A stretch of DNA of 64,000 bases. Origin: a virus (taxonomy: Duplodnaviria > Caudoviricetes). Shown piece by piece: positions 38,363-47,413 of the stretch; the first letter of the stretch is position 1, and every line of letters starts with the position of its first letter. Under the pieces are notes generated by a model. It was not told the origin of the DNA. It did not search any database and saw only the letters and a list, made by a program, of their open reading frames with translations. The stretch covers positions 1,145-65,144 of IMG/VR virus record IMGVR_UViG_3300044216_005818; one strand, 5' to 3'. The position numbers and the translations under genes were made by a program.

Positions 38363-38592
38363 TCCTTACCAAGGTATCCTTTAATAAAGCTATAAATAAA
38401 AATAGCTGATGCTAAAGGCCACCCTAGTATAACCCAAAATCTGTCTGACCACTCCATAGGGTATCCTGCTTTTTCAATAGCTCTTTCAAGTAAAGCAGCT
38501 ACTATAACCCCTATTAAGAAATAAGTACATACTGTTCGAAGATTAGTAATATCTTCAATAAATGCTACTGCTAATAATTCAAATGGATTCAT
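38359..38592 (-). CDS. Small two-TM membrane protein on the antisense strand
   Basis: MNPFELL... 77 aa with two hydrophobic segments. ATG at 38592 lies just downstream of a host-type promoter; the longer ORF-track start would run through that promoter. Confidence 0.6.
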   Translation of the reverse strand: MNPFELLAVAFIEDITNLRTVCTYFLIGVIVAALLERAIEKAGYPMEWSDRFWVILGWPLASAIFIYSFIKGYLGKD

Positions 38593-38610
38593 AATACAAA
38601 TAGTTTTCCC

Positions 38611-38642
38611 TAAAGATACAATAAAATTTTTGGTTTTCCAAA
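38611..38642 (-). promoter_or_regulatory. Bacteroidota-type sigma70 promoter (minus strand)
   Basis: Minus strand reads TTTG-GAAAACCAAAAATTTTATTG-TATCTTTA (20-nt spacer), similar to the promoter at 28427. Confidence 0.65.
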
Positions 38643-38650
38643 TTTTTTTT

Positions 38651-38658
38651 ATATTTAT
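38651..38658 (+). promoter_or_regulatory. ATATTTAT putative late promoter of the scaffold-MCP unit
   Basis: Back-to-back with the minus-strand host-type promoter; followed by a ~120-nt structured leader. Confidence 0.55.
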
Positions 38659-38786
38659 TTCTAGAAAAAGCATACGTTATATTAAAATAACGTCCCTGGA
38701 TTTTAAAAACAAATCCCTATTAGAGATACTAAAATCTCTATTTCCCGTATTTTATTTACTGGAGGCCTAAAAAACAATTTAAAAAA

Positions 38787-39968
38787 ATGGCTGAATTATT
38801 AAAAGAGGCAATCGCTGATGCGAAAGCTGTTAGAGAAGTCGCTTTACAAAATGCTAAAATGGCATTAGAAGAAGCGTTTGACTCTAAAATTAAAAACATG
38901 CTCTCTGCTCGGTTAGCAGAAGAGTTAGAAGAAGATGTCGAACTCGAAGAGACATATGATGAAGACGAAAAGTCTGAAGGTATGTCTTATGATGAGGACG
39001 ATAAAGTAGATGAGATGTCTTATGATGAAGACGATGTTGATGAAGCTTATCACGAAGATGAAGTTGACGAAGAAATTAACCTTGATGAACTCATGGCTGA
39101 GCTTGAAGAAATGTCATATGATGAAGACGATGACATGAAAGAAGGCAAAAAGAAAGACGATGATGACATGAAAGAAGGTAAGAAAAAAGACGACGACGAC
39201 ATGAAAGAAGGTAAGAAAAAAGACGACGACGACATGAAAGAAGGTAAGAAGAAGGATGACGATGATCTTAAAGAAGGTGAAGTCAATGAACTTGCTGGCT
39301 TAGCTACTGTTGCTAGTATAATTGCTGCCGCGGGTGGTATTGAAGCTATCTTATCTAAAGGTCGTGCTGGTAAACTTTCTGGTAAAATGGAATCCGTTTA
39401 CAAAGCTTTAGAAGGCATGGCTAGCGGTGCTGGCGCTGCCCGTAGAAGTGAAGGTGTAGACGATCTTGATGAAAACATCGACATTGATGCTTTAATTGCT
39501 GAAATCGAATCTGAAATCGAAGAAGGTAAAAAGAAGGACGATGATGACATGAAAGAAGGTAAGAAAAAAGACGATGATGACGTAAAAGAAGGTAAGAAAA
39601 AGGCTGAAAAAGACCTTGAAGAAGCCCTTGCTACCGTTGCTTCTCTTAAAGAAACCATTTCAGAAATGAATCTTCTTAACAGTAAACTCCTCTACTGCAA
39701 CAAACTATTCAGAGCTAATGCACTTACTGAAGCCCAAAAAGTTAAAGTAATTGATGCATTAGACAAATCTGCTACAACTAGTGAAGCTAAATTGGTATTT
39801 GAAACACTTCAAGAATCATTTAACTTTACAGGTGTAGAAAAAAGAGCAATTAAAGAAGGTTTAGGACGTGCTTCTAAAGCTGCTGGAACTGCTCCTAAAA
39901 AGGTTATAACGGAATCCGTTGACGAGACAGTGTCAAGATTCCAAAAACTTGCAAACATTAATAAATAA
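38787..39968 (+). CDS. Prohead scaffold/core protein (T4 gp22-like)
   Basis: Very acidic, lies between protease and MCP; C-terminal LNSKLLYCNKLF...LTEAQK.KVI; ends RFQKLANI. Confidence 0.82.
   Translation: MAELLKEAIADAKAVREVALQNAKMALEEAFDSKIKNMLSARLAEELEEDVELEETYDEDEKSEGMSYDEDDKVDEMSYDEDDVDEAYHEDEVDEEINLDELMAELEEMSYDEDDDMKEGKKKDDDDMKEGKKKDDDDMKEGKKKDDDDMKEGKKKDDDDLKEGEVNELAGLATVASIIAAAGGIEAILSKGRAGKLSGKMESVYKALEGMASGAGAARRSEGVDDLDENIDIDALIAEIESEIEEGKKKDDDDMKEGKKKDDDDVKEGKKKAEKDLEEALATVASLKETISEMNLLNSKLLYCNKLFRANALTEAQKVKVIDALDKSATTSEAKLVFETLQESFNFTGVEKRAIKEGLGRASKAAGTAPKKVITESVDETVSRFQKLANINK
39123..39278 (+). repeat. 33-bp coding tandem repeat (DDDDMKEGKKK, ~4.7 copies)
   Basis: gacgacgacgacatgaaagaaggtaagaaaaaa-like units, in frame, differing mostly at synonymous positions. 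Confidence 0.95.
39522..39602 (+). repeat. Second cluster of the scaffold repeat (~2.5 copies)
   Basis: EGKKKDDDDMKEGKKKDDDDVKEGKKK. Confidence 0.9.
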
Positions 39969-39979
39969 TATTAGAAAAC

Positions 39980-41677
39980 ATGAATGTTAATACATTATTA
40001 GAGGGTGCTTCCCCGCTCCAACATCAGCAGGCTGAATCTGCTAAGTTGGCAGGCAAATGGGAAAAATCCGGTCTCTTAGAAGGTCTTAATGGCCACGAGA
40101 GCGAAAAAGCAAACATGGCTGTTCTTCTTGAAAATCAGGCTAGACAATTAGTCCAAGAAGCCAGCCAAACAGGTACTACTACTAGTATCACAAATGGTTC
40201 AAATAGTGAAGCTTGGGCTGGTGTTGCTCTTCCACTTGTAAGAAGAGTATTTGGAGAAATCGTTGCTAAAGACCTTGTGTCTGTTCAGCCAATGAACCTC
40301 CCTTCAGGCCTTATCTTCTACCTTGACTTCCAATATGGTACTGGTGCACCTACTGACTCTAACAATAAGCTACAACCAGTTAATCAGAGTTTATATGGTG
40401 CTGCTGCCGATTTAAAAACCAATGACATCCCTACAGGAGGTGGTATTACCCAAGCAGGTAAAGGTTTATATGGTGCTGGTAGATTTGGTTACTCTATTAA
40501 CGAACAGTCTCAAGCAGTTACTAACGTAGCGTTAAATGCTGTTGGTGAAAACCAGTACACTACAGGTTCCGTTGTTATGGAAGATGTAAACTTTAATGGC
40601 GAATTTTTAGCTAACACAGGTTCTGGTGCTTACCAAAAGATTACCGTTCGTACTCAAGACTTAGATAACGTTGATTTAGAAGGTGCTAGAGCATTTACTA
40701 TTAGTGGTTCAAACATTAATACTGTTTACAACGAGTTTACTAAAGTTACTGGTACTTCTACTTCAGGAACTATTACCTTTATTGTGTCAGCTTCTGCAGC
40801 AACCCAAGGTCAAGATCTTAAAATTCTCTTCCAACAAGGTCCCGATAACCTTGATGATAGAGGCGATTTCGAGGAAGGTAGATCAGGTGTTTCTTCAGGA
40901 TTTGCTGGTGGAGGAAATGTCTCAACTATGGACATCCCAGAAATTAATGTTCAGTTAAGAAGTGAAACTGTAACTGCGAAAACTCGTAAGTTAAAGGCTC
41001 AATGGACACCAGAATTCGCTCAGGATTTAAATGCTTACCACAGTATTGATGCTGAAGCTGAATTAACGTCTATTCTTTCTGAATATATTTCAATGGAAAT
41101 TGATCTTGAAGTACTTGATTTACTTATCAGAAATGCTGATACTACTAACCACTGGAGTGCCCAAGTTGGTAAAGAAGTAGATGACTCTGGCTCAACTACT
41201 TCCGCAAGCGATCAGTACTATACTAAGATGTCTTGGTTCCAGACTTTAGGTGTTAAACTTCAATCTGTTAGCAACACAATCCACCAGAAAACTCTTCGTG
41301 GTGGTGCTAACTTCCTTGTTGTTTCACCAAAAATTAGCACAATCCTTGAATCAATTCCTGGATTCGCTGCTGATTCTCCTGGCGATCAAAACAAGTACGC
41401 TATGGGTGTTCAGAAAATCGGTGCTATCAACTCTAGATACACGGTTTACAAGAACCCATACATTACTGAAAATGTAATCTTAATGGGTTATAAGGGTAAC
41501 CAGTTCCTTGAAACAGGTGCTGTATTTGCTCCGTATATTCCGTTAATTATGACTCCTCTTGTGTACGATCCGGTATCCTTCACTCCAAGAAAGGGTATCA
41601 TGACTCGTTACGCTAAGAAGATGGTAAGACCTGACTTCTACGGTAAGGTATTCTGCCACGATTTACAAAACGTGTAA
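39980..41677 (+). CDS. Major capsid protein (T4 gp23-like)
   Basis: LVSVQPMNLPSGLIFY, AKTRKLKAQWTPEFAQDLNAYH, YAPY-like FAPYIPL and GIMTRY. Confidence 0.96.
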   Translation: MNVNTLLEGASPLQHQQAESAKLAGKWEKSGLLEGLNGHESEKANMAVLLENQARQLVQEASQTGTTTSITNGSNSEAWAGVALPLVRRVFGEIVAKDLVSVQPMNLPSGLIFYLDFQYGTGAPTDSNNKLQPVNQSLYGAAADLKTNDIPTGGGITQAGKGLYGAGRFGYSINEQSQAVTNVALNAVGENQYTTGSVVMEDVNFNGEFLANTGSGAYQKITVRTQDLDNVDLEGARAFTISGSNINTVYNEFTKVTGTSTSGTITFIVSASAATQGQDLKILFQQGPDNLDDRGDFEEGRSGVSSGFAGGGNVSTMDIPEINVQLRSETVTAKTRKLKAQWTPEFAQDLNAYHSIDAEAELTSILSEYISMEIDLEVLDLLIRNADTTNHWSAQVGKEVDDSGSTTSASDQYYTKMSWFQTLGVKLQSVSNTIHQKTLRGGANFLVVSPKISTILESIPGFAADSPGDQNKYAMGVQKIGAINSRYTVYKNPYITENVILMGYKGNQFLETGAVFAPYIPLIMTPLVYDPVSFTPRKGIMTRYAKKMVRPDFYGKVFCHDLQNV

Positions 41678-41700
41678 TAGGAGTTATTATTCTTTTTAAG

Positions 41701-41727
41701 AAAGGGCCGCGTAAGCGGCCCTTTTTT
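41701..41727 (+). terminator. Intrinsic terminator after MCP (GNRA loop)
   Basis: AAAGGGCCGC-GTAA-GCGGCCCTTT followed by T-run. Confidence 0.9.
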
Positions 41728-41765
41728 ATATTTATTAATAGAAACCTTAAAAAATCATTTTAACT

Positions 41766-42599
41766 ATGGCCCAAAAAACCCAAACACAATTAAGTGATGA
41801 CCTTAATGCGGGAGTTGAATCACCCCGAAATATAATAAGAAGTTTAGTAGATAGTACTATAACTAAGCAAGATTTAAATTTTGTAGATAATCCTAATTTT
41901 AAGTTAAATACCTCTTTATGTTTACCTGAGTGTTTAACTTTAGGATTAAATCCAACCTGGATTCAAAACTTTGGAGGTGCTACACTAGCAGCTGGAGACC
42001 ATACAACTGACATTCATATGTTAGATGTATTAACACCAACAAATACATTATTTAAAATGTCTTTAGCTTTAGGTAGACTAGCAAGACAAGGAACCGCTGT
42101 AACTGCTGCTCAAGCTGAACAAATATTTGGTTTAACATCCGTTAATGGTAAACTCCTTGACATGACAGATATTGCAACTGGTACAACTGAATTTATTCCC
42201 CCAGCAAAATCTGTAATAACTGTATCTGGCCGCACAGCAGCAAACGTAGCATTAACCGGCCAGGGTGATTTAGCATCAGATCAAGACATGGCATTAATTT
42301 TATTTAATGATTATGTTATTGAAAACGGTCACAATTTAGATGTTGAAACCCATGCAAATAATGAACACTTAGCGGCAGCATGTGAGTTTATTGTATCAGG
42401 TAATAATACAAATGTATTTGATAGACAAGGAGCTACAACAGACGGTCACCAAAACATTATTTTAACCGCTACTGGTGATACTACAATTCTTCCTGGATCA
42501 TTTATTTATTTAAACCCAGGTGCAGATACAGATGAACTAACTATTAAAGGTTGTTTAAGAACAACTGGAGGTACAATCGCAGTAACATACGCAGCGTAA
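41766..42599 (+). CDS. Hypothetical protein, candidate capsid decoration/accessory protein
   Basis: Directly after MCP with its own ATATTTAT motif and terminator; Thr/Gly/Ala-rich, beta-type composition. Confidence 0.5.
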   Translation: MAQKTQTQLSDDLNAGVESPRNIIRSLVDSTITKQDLNFVDNPNFKLNTSLCLPECLTLGLNPTWIQNFGGATLAAGDHTTDIHMLDVLTPTNTLFKMSLALGRLARQGTAVTAAQAEQIFGLTSVNGKLLDMTDIATGTTEFIPPAKSVITVSGRTAANVALTGQGDLASDQDMALILFNDYVIENGHNLDVETHANNEHLAAACEFIVSGNNTNVFDRQGATTDGHQNIILTATGDTTILPGSFIYLNPGADTDELTIKGCLRTTGGTIAVTYAA

Positions 42600-42623
42600 T
42601 AACTAAATTACATATACTTTTAG

Positions 42624-42652
42624 AAAGAGCCGCGCAAGCGGCTCTTTTTTTT
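42624..42652 (+). terminator. Intrinsic terminator (GNRA loop)
   Basis: AAAGAGCCGC-GCAA-GCGGCTCTTT followed by T-run. Confidence 0.9.
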
Positions 42653-42689
42653 ATATTTATAACTGACAAACGTTTTTAATCCATTCATA

Positions 42690-43355
42690 ATGGCTAAACA
42701 AAATATTGAAAAAACCCCACCTAAGGGTAATATTAGGTTCTCAATATCTTTATCAGAAGAACAAAAAGCTGCTAAAACTGAAATTTTAAAGCACCCATTT
42801 AATTTTGTAGTTGGTAAAGCAGGTAGTGGTAAAACATTATTAGCAGTACAAGTAGCTTTAGATCAAGTATTTAAAAGACAATTTAATAAAATTATTATTA
42901 CTAGGCCTACTATTTCAACTGAAGATAATGGATTCCTTCCAGGGTCCGAACGTGAAAAAATGGAACCATGGTTAGTACCTATTCGTTCTAATATGCGTAA
43001 GGTTTATAATAAACCTGATATTTTAGAAAAAATGGAAAAAGAAGAAAAAATTGAGTTAGTATCATTAGCTCATTTTAGAGGCAGAACATTTGATAATGCT
43101 GTAGTAATAGTAGATGAATATCAAAATTTAACTAAATCTCAATTAGCAATGTGTATTGGTAGATTAGGTAAAGATAGTAAAATGATATTCTGTGGTGATT
43201 CTTACCAGATAGATTTAAGAGACAAACAACATTCTGCTTACCATGATATGGCTAAACTCGCAAATTCTGATTTTGTATTTAAAACAGTATTAACAGATTC
43301 CCATAGACATGCCGCAATAGATAATCTTTTAGAGTTGTTAAATGGATATCACTGA
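42690..43355 (+). CDS. phoH: PhoH-family ATPase
   Basis: GKAGSGKT Walker A, IIITRP, GFLPG, FRGRTF, VIVDEYQN, GD..Q.D and HR motifs. Confidence 0.93.
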   Translation: MAKQNIEKTPPKGNIRFSISLSEEQKAAKTEILKHPFNFVVGKAGSGKTLLAVQVALDQVFKRQFNKIIITRPTISTEDNGFLPGSEREKMEPWLVPIRSNMRKVYNKPDILEKMEKEEKIELVSLAHFRGRTFDNAVVIVDEYQNLTKSQLAMCIGRLGKDSKMIFCGDSYQIDLRDKQHSAYHDMAKLANSDFVFKTVLTDSHRHAAIDNLLELLNGYH

Positions 43356-43376
43356 TATTTATAATAAAATACTCTT

Positions 43377-43781
43377 ATGGCAGCTGGAAAATATAACTTT
43401 GTAATAGAACAAGGATCAACAGTAGATTTTGAAATAGCATATACTGACTCCAATAATAATAAAATAGATTTAACTGATTATAGAGGCAGAATGCAAATTA
43501 GGGATAAATTCCCGGGACCCCAAAATATAAATAATTCTACCCTTATTATTACTTTATCTTCTAGTTTAGAAGATGATGGTACTGGATTAAATTTTAGTGG
43601 ATCAAGTGATATTAACCCCCCTACTTCTGGTACCATTGGAGTATTTATAGATGCTGAACGTACAGCTGCTTTTAATTTTAATAAAGCAATATATGATTTA
43701 GAAATTGTATCTGGTAGTATTGTTACCCGATTAATAGAAGGAAATGTTACACTAACTAAAGAAGTAACTATAGCACCTTAA
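43377..43781 (+). CDS. Conserved-type virion adaptor/Ig-like protein
   Basis: IEQGST...IDLTDY.GRMQIR...AIYDLEI...RLIEG.V pattern; lies before a fibre gene. Confidence 0.55.
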   Translation: MAAGKYNFVIEQGSTVDFEIAYTDSNNNKIDLTDYRGRMQIRDKFPGPQNINNSTLIITLSSSLEDDGTGLNFSGSSDINPPTSGTIGVFIDAERTAAFNFNKAIYDLEIVSGSIVTRLIEGNVTLTKEVTIAP

Positions 43782-43782
43782 T

Positions 43783-45309
43783 ATGGCTAATAAAATTACT
43801 ATTTCAAATACCGATAATAAGGTTACTATAACTTCACAGGTAAATAATAGTATTAATACTACTACTAATAGTACACTAGTAACGGTAACTCAAGGTTCTT
43901 CACGTGTTATAACGGTTAATACCCCGGGCCCTAAAGGAGACCCTGGTGCTAGCGGTGGTCTTATAGGTCCTGATATTTTAATTAGAAATATAAGCGCCTC
44001 AGGTGATATAAGTGCTTCAGGAAATATAATAGCAGAAACATTATTTTCTGATAATGTAGGGGGAAATCTTATAAAAAAACAAGCCACCCCTACATCTAAC
44101 ACTTTTGCTTCTTGGGTTGATTCTTCTATAGTTAAAAGTTATTCAGACTTTCAAGCTAACGATAGTAATATATCGTATAAACCTCAAGGATATGGCCCCC
44201 AATATAGTTTATTTGAAGCAAATTCCCAAAATCGATTTGTACAATTAGGTACTATAGATACAGGTCTTACTGAATTTAAAGTAGACGATTCTAATGTAAA
44301 CATGACCATGAAGTTTACAGCAGATGAAATTACACATACTTTTGATAAAAAAGGTATAGAAGTACAAGGAAGTATAACAGCATCAGGTATTATAAGCGCA
44401 AGTCAAGGATTAGTTATACCTTCATTAGATATAGGAGGTTTAACTTCTTTAGGACACGATCACAAAGTAGTAATAGCTAGTAATGATAGAGGTAGGTTAT
44501 CTATATTAGATGGATTTACTTTTAATATTACTGATAGTAGATTAGTAAGTCCTTCTGCTTCATTCTCGTTTATTAATGGAACAAGTGCAAGTATTAGTGA
44601 TATATTCGCTACTAACATTAATCCAGATGGTACTACTCTAAACATTGGATCTACAAGCAATCCAGGTATTTTACATATACAAGGAGATACAGAAGCTGGA
44701 GCTGGTGCAGGTAGCCCTCATTTGAAACTTGAAGGTGATTGGCACCCTGTTGCTGAATTAGATATAACACTAAGTCAATATGGAGCCGAATACGATTCTC
44801 ATCTACATGAATTTAAATCAGATGGCACCGCTAGCGTATCAATAACAGGTACTGGAGGAGTTCAAGTAAATAATGCTCTCAGTATTGAAGCTGGAAGCAA
44901 TAGAATAGTTAATTTAGGGGGTGGGCAGTTAGGGGATGGTTTTAGATTACGAACAGGTGAAAATTTACAAACTTTTAACCATACTAGCTTTGTATATGAT
45001 TGGTTAGAATGGACGGGAACTGGTGCTGATCAAGGATATAAATTCCACACATACACTCATAAAAATCTTATAACATTAGATGGTGATACAGCTAATGTAG
45101 AAATAGGTAATAGTGATACTGGTAGTGTTAATTTTCTCAATGGTAGTATAACAGCTTCAGGTGATATAAGTGCAAGTGGAACTGGTTCGTTTGAACGAAT
45201 AAAATTAAATTATGATACTATGCCCACTTCAGATCCTAATATAAAAGGTGTAGTTTATAGAAGTAGTAGTTTAGGATTAAATAATTTATTATTTATATCG
45301 GCAGGATAA
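43783..45309 (+). CDS. Fibre-like protein (neck/whisker position)
   Basis: Short collagen-like GPKGDPGASG and repeated ITASGxISAS motifs; upstream of the neck gene. Confidence 0.6.
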   Translation: MANKITISNTDNKVTITSQVNNSINTTTNSTLVTVTQGSSRVITVNTPGPKGDPGASGGLIGPDILIRNISASGDISASGNIIAETLFSDNVGGNLIKKQATPTSNTFASWVDSSIVKSYSDFQANDSNISYKPQGYGPQYSLFEANSQNRFVQLGTIDTGLTEFKVDDSNVNMTMKFTADEITHTFDKKGIEVQGSITASGIISASQGLVIPSLDIGGLTSLGHDHKVVIASNDRGRLSILDGFTFNITDSRLVSPSASFSFINGTSASISDIFATNINPDGTTLNIGSTSNPGILHIQGDTEAGAGAGSPHLKLEGDWHPVAELDITLSQYGAEYDSHLHEFKSDGTASVSITGTGGVQVNNALSIEAGSNRIVNLGGGQLGDGFRLRTGENLQTFNHTSFVYDWLEWTGTGADQGYKFHTYTHKNLITLDGDTANVEIGNSDTGSVNFLNGSITASGDISASGTGSFERIKLNYDTMPTSDPNIKGVVYRSSSLGLNNLLFISAG

Positions 45310-45345
45310 TAACTCTGTCTATATTTATAACCAAATACTGTATTT

Positions 45346-46500
45346 ATGGCAACTATTACTATTTGGCCCGGGTCCTCATCATTTTCTAATACTACAAATC
45401 CTACACCATTTGGTTTTTATGATTCTGATTCAGAATTTCAAACCAATGCGGATAAAGTATCAACCTGGTGTGCTCAAAGATTAGGATACCCTATAGTAGA
45501 TATAGAATTACAAGCTGTAAATTTCTACACAGCATTTGAAGAATCCATTACAACATATGCTCAATACCTTTATCAATACGAGATAATTGAAAATATGAGT
45601 ACTTTAGATGGATCGCCCGCTGAAAATGATTTAAATAACCAATATATACAACCTAACTTAGGCAATTTAATATCTGTTGCAGAACAATATGGAACTGAAG
45701 CAGGTACAGGAGGTAACTTAGATTATAAAACAGGTAGTATAGATGTAGTTTCAGGACAACAAAGATATTCATTAACAGATCTATTTACAAATGTAAGTGA
45801 ATCGGGTAATAATATTGAAATTAAAAAAATATATCATTATGCTCCAGCTGCTATAGTAAGGTATTTTGACCCATATGCTGGAACAGGTACAGGTATTCAA
45901 TCATTAATGGAAACCTTTGGGTTTGGTAATTATTCACCTGGTGTAAACTTTATGTTAATGCCTACTTATTATGATGCTTTAAAAGTTCAAGCTATTGAAC
46001 TTAATGATCAAATTAGAAAATCTGCTTATAGCTTTGAAGTAACTAATAATAATAATTTAAAATTATTCCCTATACCTAGAAGAGACGAAAAATTATTCTT
46101 TGATTATGTCGTTAAAGATGGTAGAAATAACCCAGTAAGAAACACTTCAACTAATTTAGTTACAGATGTTTCTAATGTACCTTATACAAATATTTCTTAT
46201 GAAACTATAAATGCCCCAGGTAGACAATGGATTTTTAGATACACATTAGCTATTGCTAAAGAAATGTTAGCTAGTATAAGAGGTAAATATTCATCAATTC
46301 CTATTCCGGGTGCCGATGTTACTACTAATGCAGGTGAATTAAGAAGCGAAGCAGCTTCAGAAAAACAAGCACTTATAGAAGAATTAAAATTAATGCTTGA
46401 AGAATCCTCAAGAGCTAAATATACTGAAAGAGATGCTCAAATAGCACAAAACACACAAGATGTTATGTATAAAGTACCCTATCCAATATATATTTACTAA
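45346..46500 (+). CDS. Neck/head-tail adaptor (T4 gp13-like)
   Basis: QRLGYPIVDIEL, WIFRYTLAIAKEML..IRGKY and NAGEL..EA..E...L.EEL. Confidence 0.8.
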   Translation: MATITIWPGSSSFSNTTNPTPFGFYDSDSEFQTNADKVSTWCAQRLGYPIVDIELQAVNFYTAFEESITTYAQYLYQYEIIENMSTLDGSPAENDLNNQYIQPNLGNLISVAEQYGTEAGTGGNLDYKTGSIDVVSGQQRYSLTDLFTNVSESGNNIEIKKIYHYAPAAIVRYFDPYAGTGTGIQSLMETFGFGNYSPGVNFMLMPTYYDALKVQAIELNDQIRKSAYSFEVTNNNNLKLFPIPRRDEKLFFDYVVKDGRNNPVRNTSTNLVTDVSNVPYTNISYETINAPGRQWIFRYTLAIAKEMLASIRGKYSSIPIPGADVTTNAGELRSEAASEKQALIEELKLMLEESSRAKYTERDAQIAQNTQDVMYKVPYPIYIY

Positions 46501-46856
46501 TGGTTAAATTAAAAGACATATTAAACGAAATTATACAAATATATTCTGTAAGTGTAGTGATAGTATCCGATAATGATGCTAACTTTACTGATATTCTTGA
46601 TGGGATGAGAGCTACTAGAAAAGTCACAATTATTAATGCTAACACTTCTGATGAAATAGAAGCAAAAAACAGAGCTAGAAATGATGGAAAAGAAATCCAC
46701 ACTGCTACTTTAAAGTTTGCAGCTGGAAAAGATCCTAAACAAGATTTAGAATTTTTAAAAACTACTATGTTAAGTAGTGATAAAGGTGATCCCGAAATGA
46801 GGATCAAAGGGTTACGTCATTTAATTTTTAAACCTGAAACTTTAACTAAAGTATAA
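46500..46856 (+). CDS. Hypothetical protein with MVKLKDILNE leader
   Basis: Coupled between the gp13-like and gp14-like genes; leader shared with 22606. Confidence 0.65.
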   Translation: MVKLKDILNEIIQIYSVSVVIVSDNDANFTDILDGMRATRKVTIINANTSDEIEAKNRARNDGKEIHTATLKFAAGKDPKQDLEFLKTTMLSSDKGDPEMRIKGLRHLIFKPETLTKV

Positions 46857-47413
46857 TGCCTTTATTTGGTGGTGCAAGAGATATATCCCTACTTAGAACT
46901 ATGAATAGGGAATTAATTAATGATATTATCCAACAAGAAGTTGGGTTTTATAAATTTGTATTACCTGATTCTGATACAAACGTTTATGGAGAAGCTGAAA
47001 ATAAAGTATATTATGAGCCTATGTTAGTTCCTTGTTTAATTGAAAGAGAAGACCAAGCATGGAACGAAACAGATTTTGGTCCAGATTCTACACAACAAAT
47101 GACTTTTAGATTTTTAAGAGATGATTTAGTAGATAAAAATTTAGTTCCTGAAGTAGGTGATATAGTATTATATAATAATGATTATTTTGAATTTAATAGC
47201 TTAATCGAAAACCAATTCTTTACAGGAAAAAACCCAGACTACTCCATGAATAATGATACTGATGATTTTGGTGTTTCTATTTCTATAATATGCAAAGGAA
47301 GTAAATTAAGAGTAGAACAATTAAAAACAGTTCCTCTTAGAAGTAATATTTATCCTACGACCGAAAAGGTTGAACGGACTGATGCTAACCCACGAAATCA
47401 ACTTTATAGCTAA
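46856..47413 (+). CDS. Neck/head-closure protein (T4 gp14-like)
   Basis: NVYGEA, PEVGDIV and YFE motifs; position after gp13-like. Confidence 0.72.
   Translation: MPLFGGARDISLLRTMNRELINDIIQQEVGFYKFVLPDSDTNVYGEAENKVYYEPMLVPCLIEREDQAWNETDFGPDSTQQMTFRFLRDDLVDKNLVPEVGDIVLYNNDYFEFNSLIENQFFTGKNPDYSMNNDTDDFGVSISIICKGSKLRVEQLKTVPLRSNIYPTTEKVERTDANPRNQLYS

Noticed and set aside
38593-38673. Longer N-terminus for the antisense membrane gene
   Set aside because: It would run through the gene's own putative promoter and the opposite late motif.
39123-39278. 33-bp tandem repeat as a CRISPR array
   Set aside because: No unique spacers, repeats are in frame within the scaffold gene and vary mostly synonymously; no cas genes.
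18674-41477. Alternative-frame plus-strand ORFs (18674, 25219, 29979, 33529, 40683, 41250)
   Set aside because: Nested in well-supported genes with no motifs or start context of their own.
33063-41677. Inteins or introns in terminase, portal or capsid genes
   Set aside because: ORFs are uninterrupted, of ordinary length and lack splice-junction or LAGLIDADG motifs.
42690-43355. phoH, primase and oxidoreductase as evidence of a bacterial chromosome or prophage boundary
   Set aside because: They are embedded among virion genes, share phage-style regulatory motifs, and no integrase, att site or host operon is visible.
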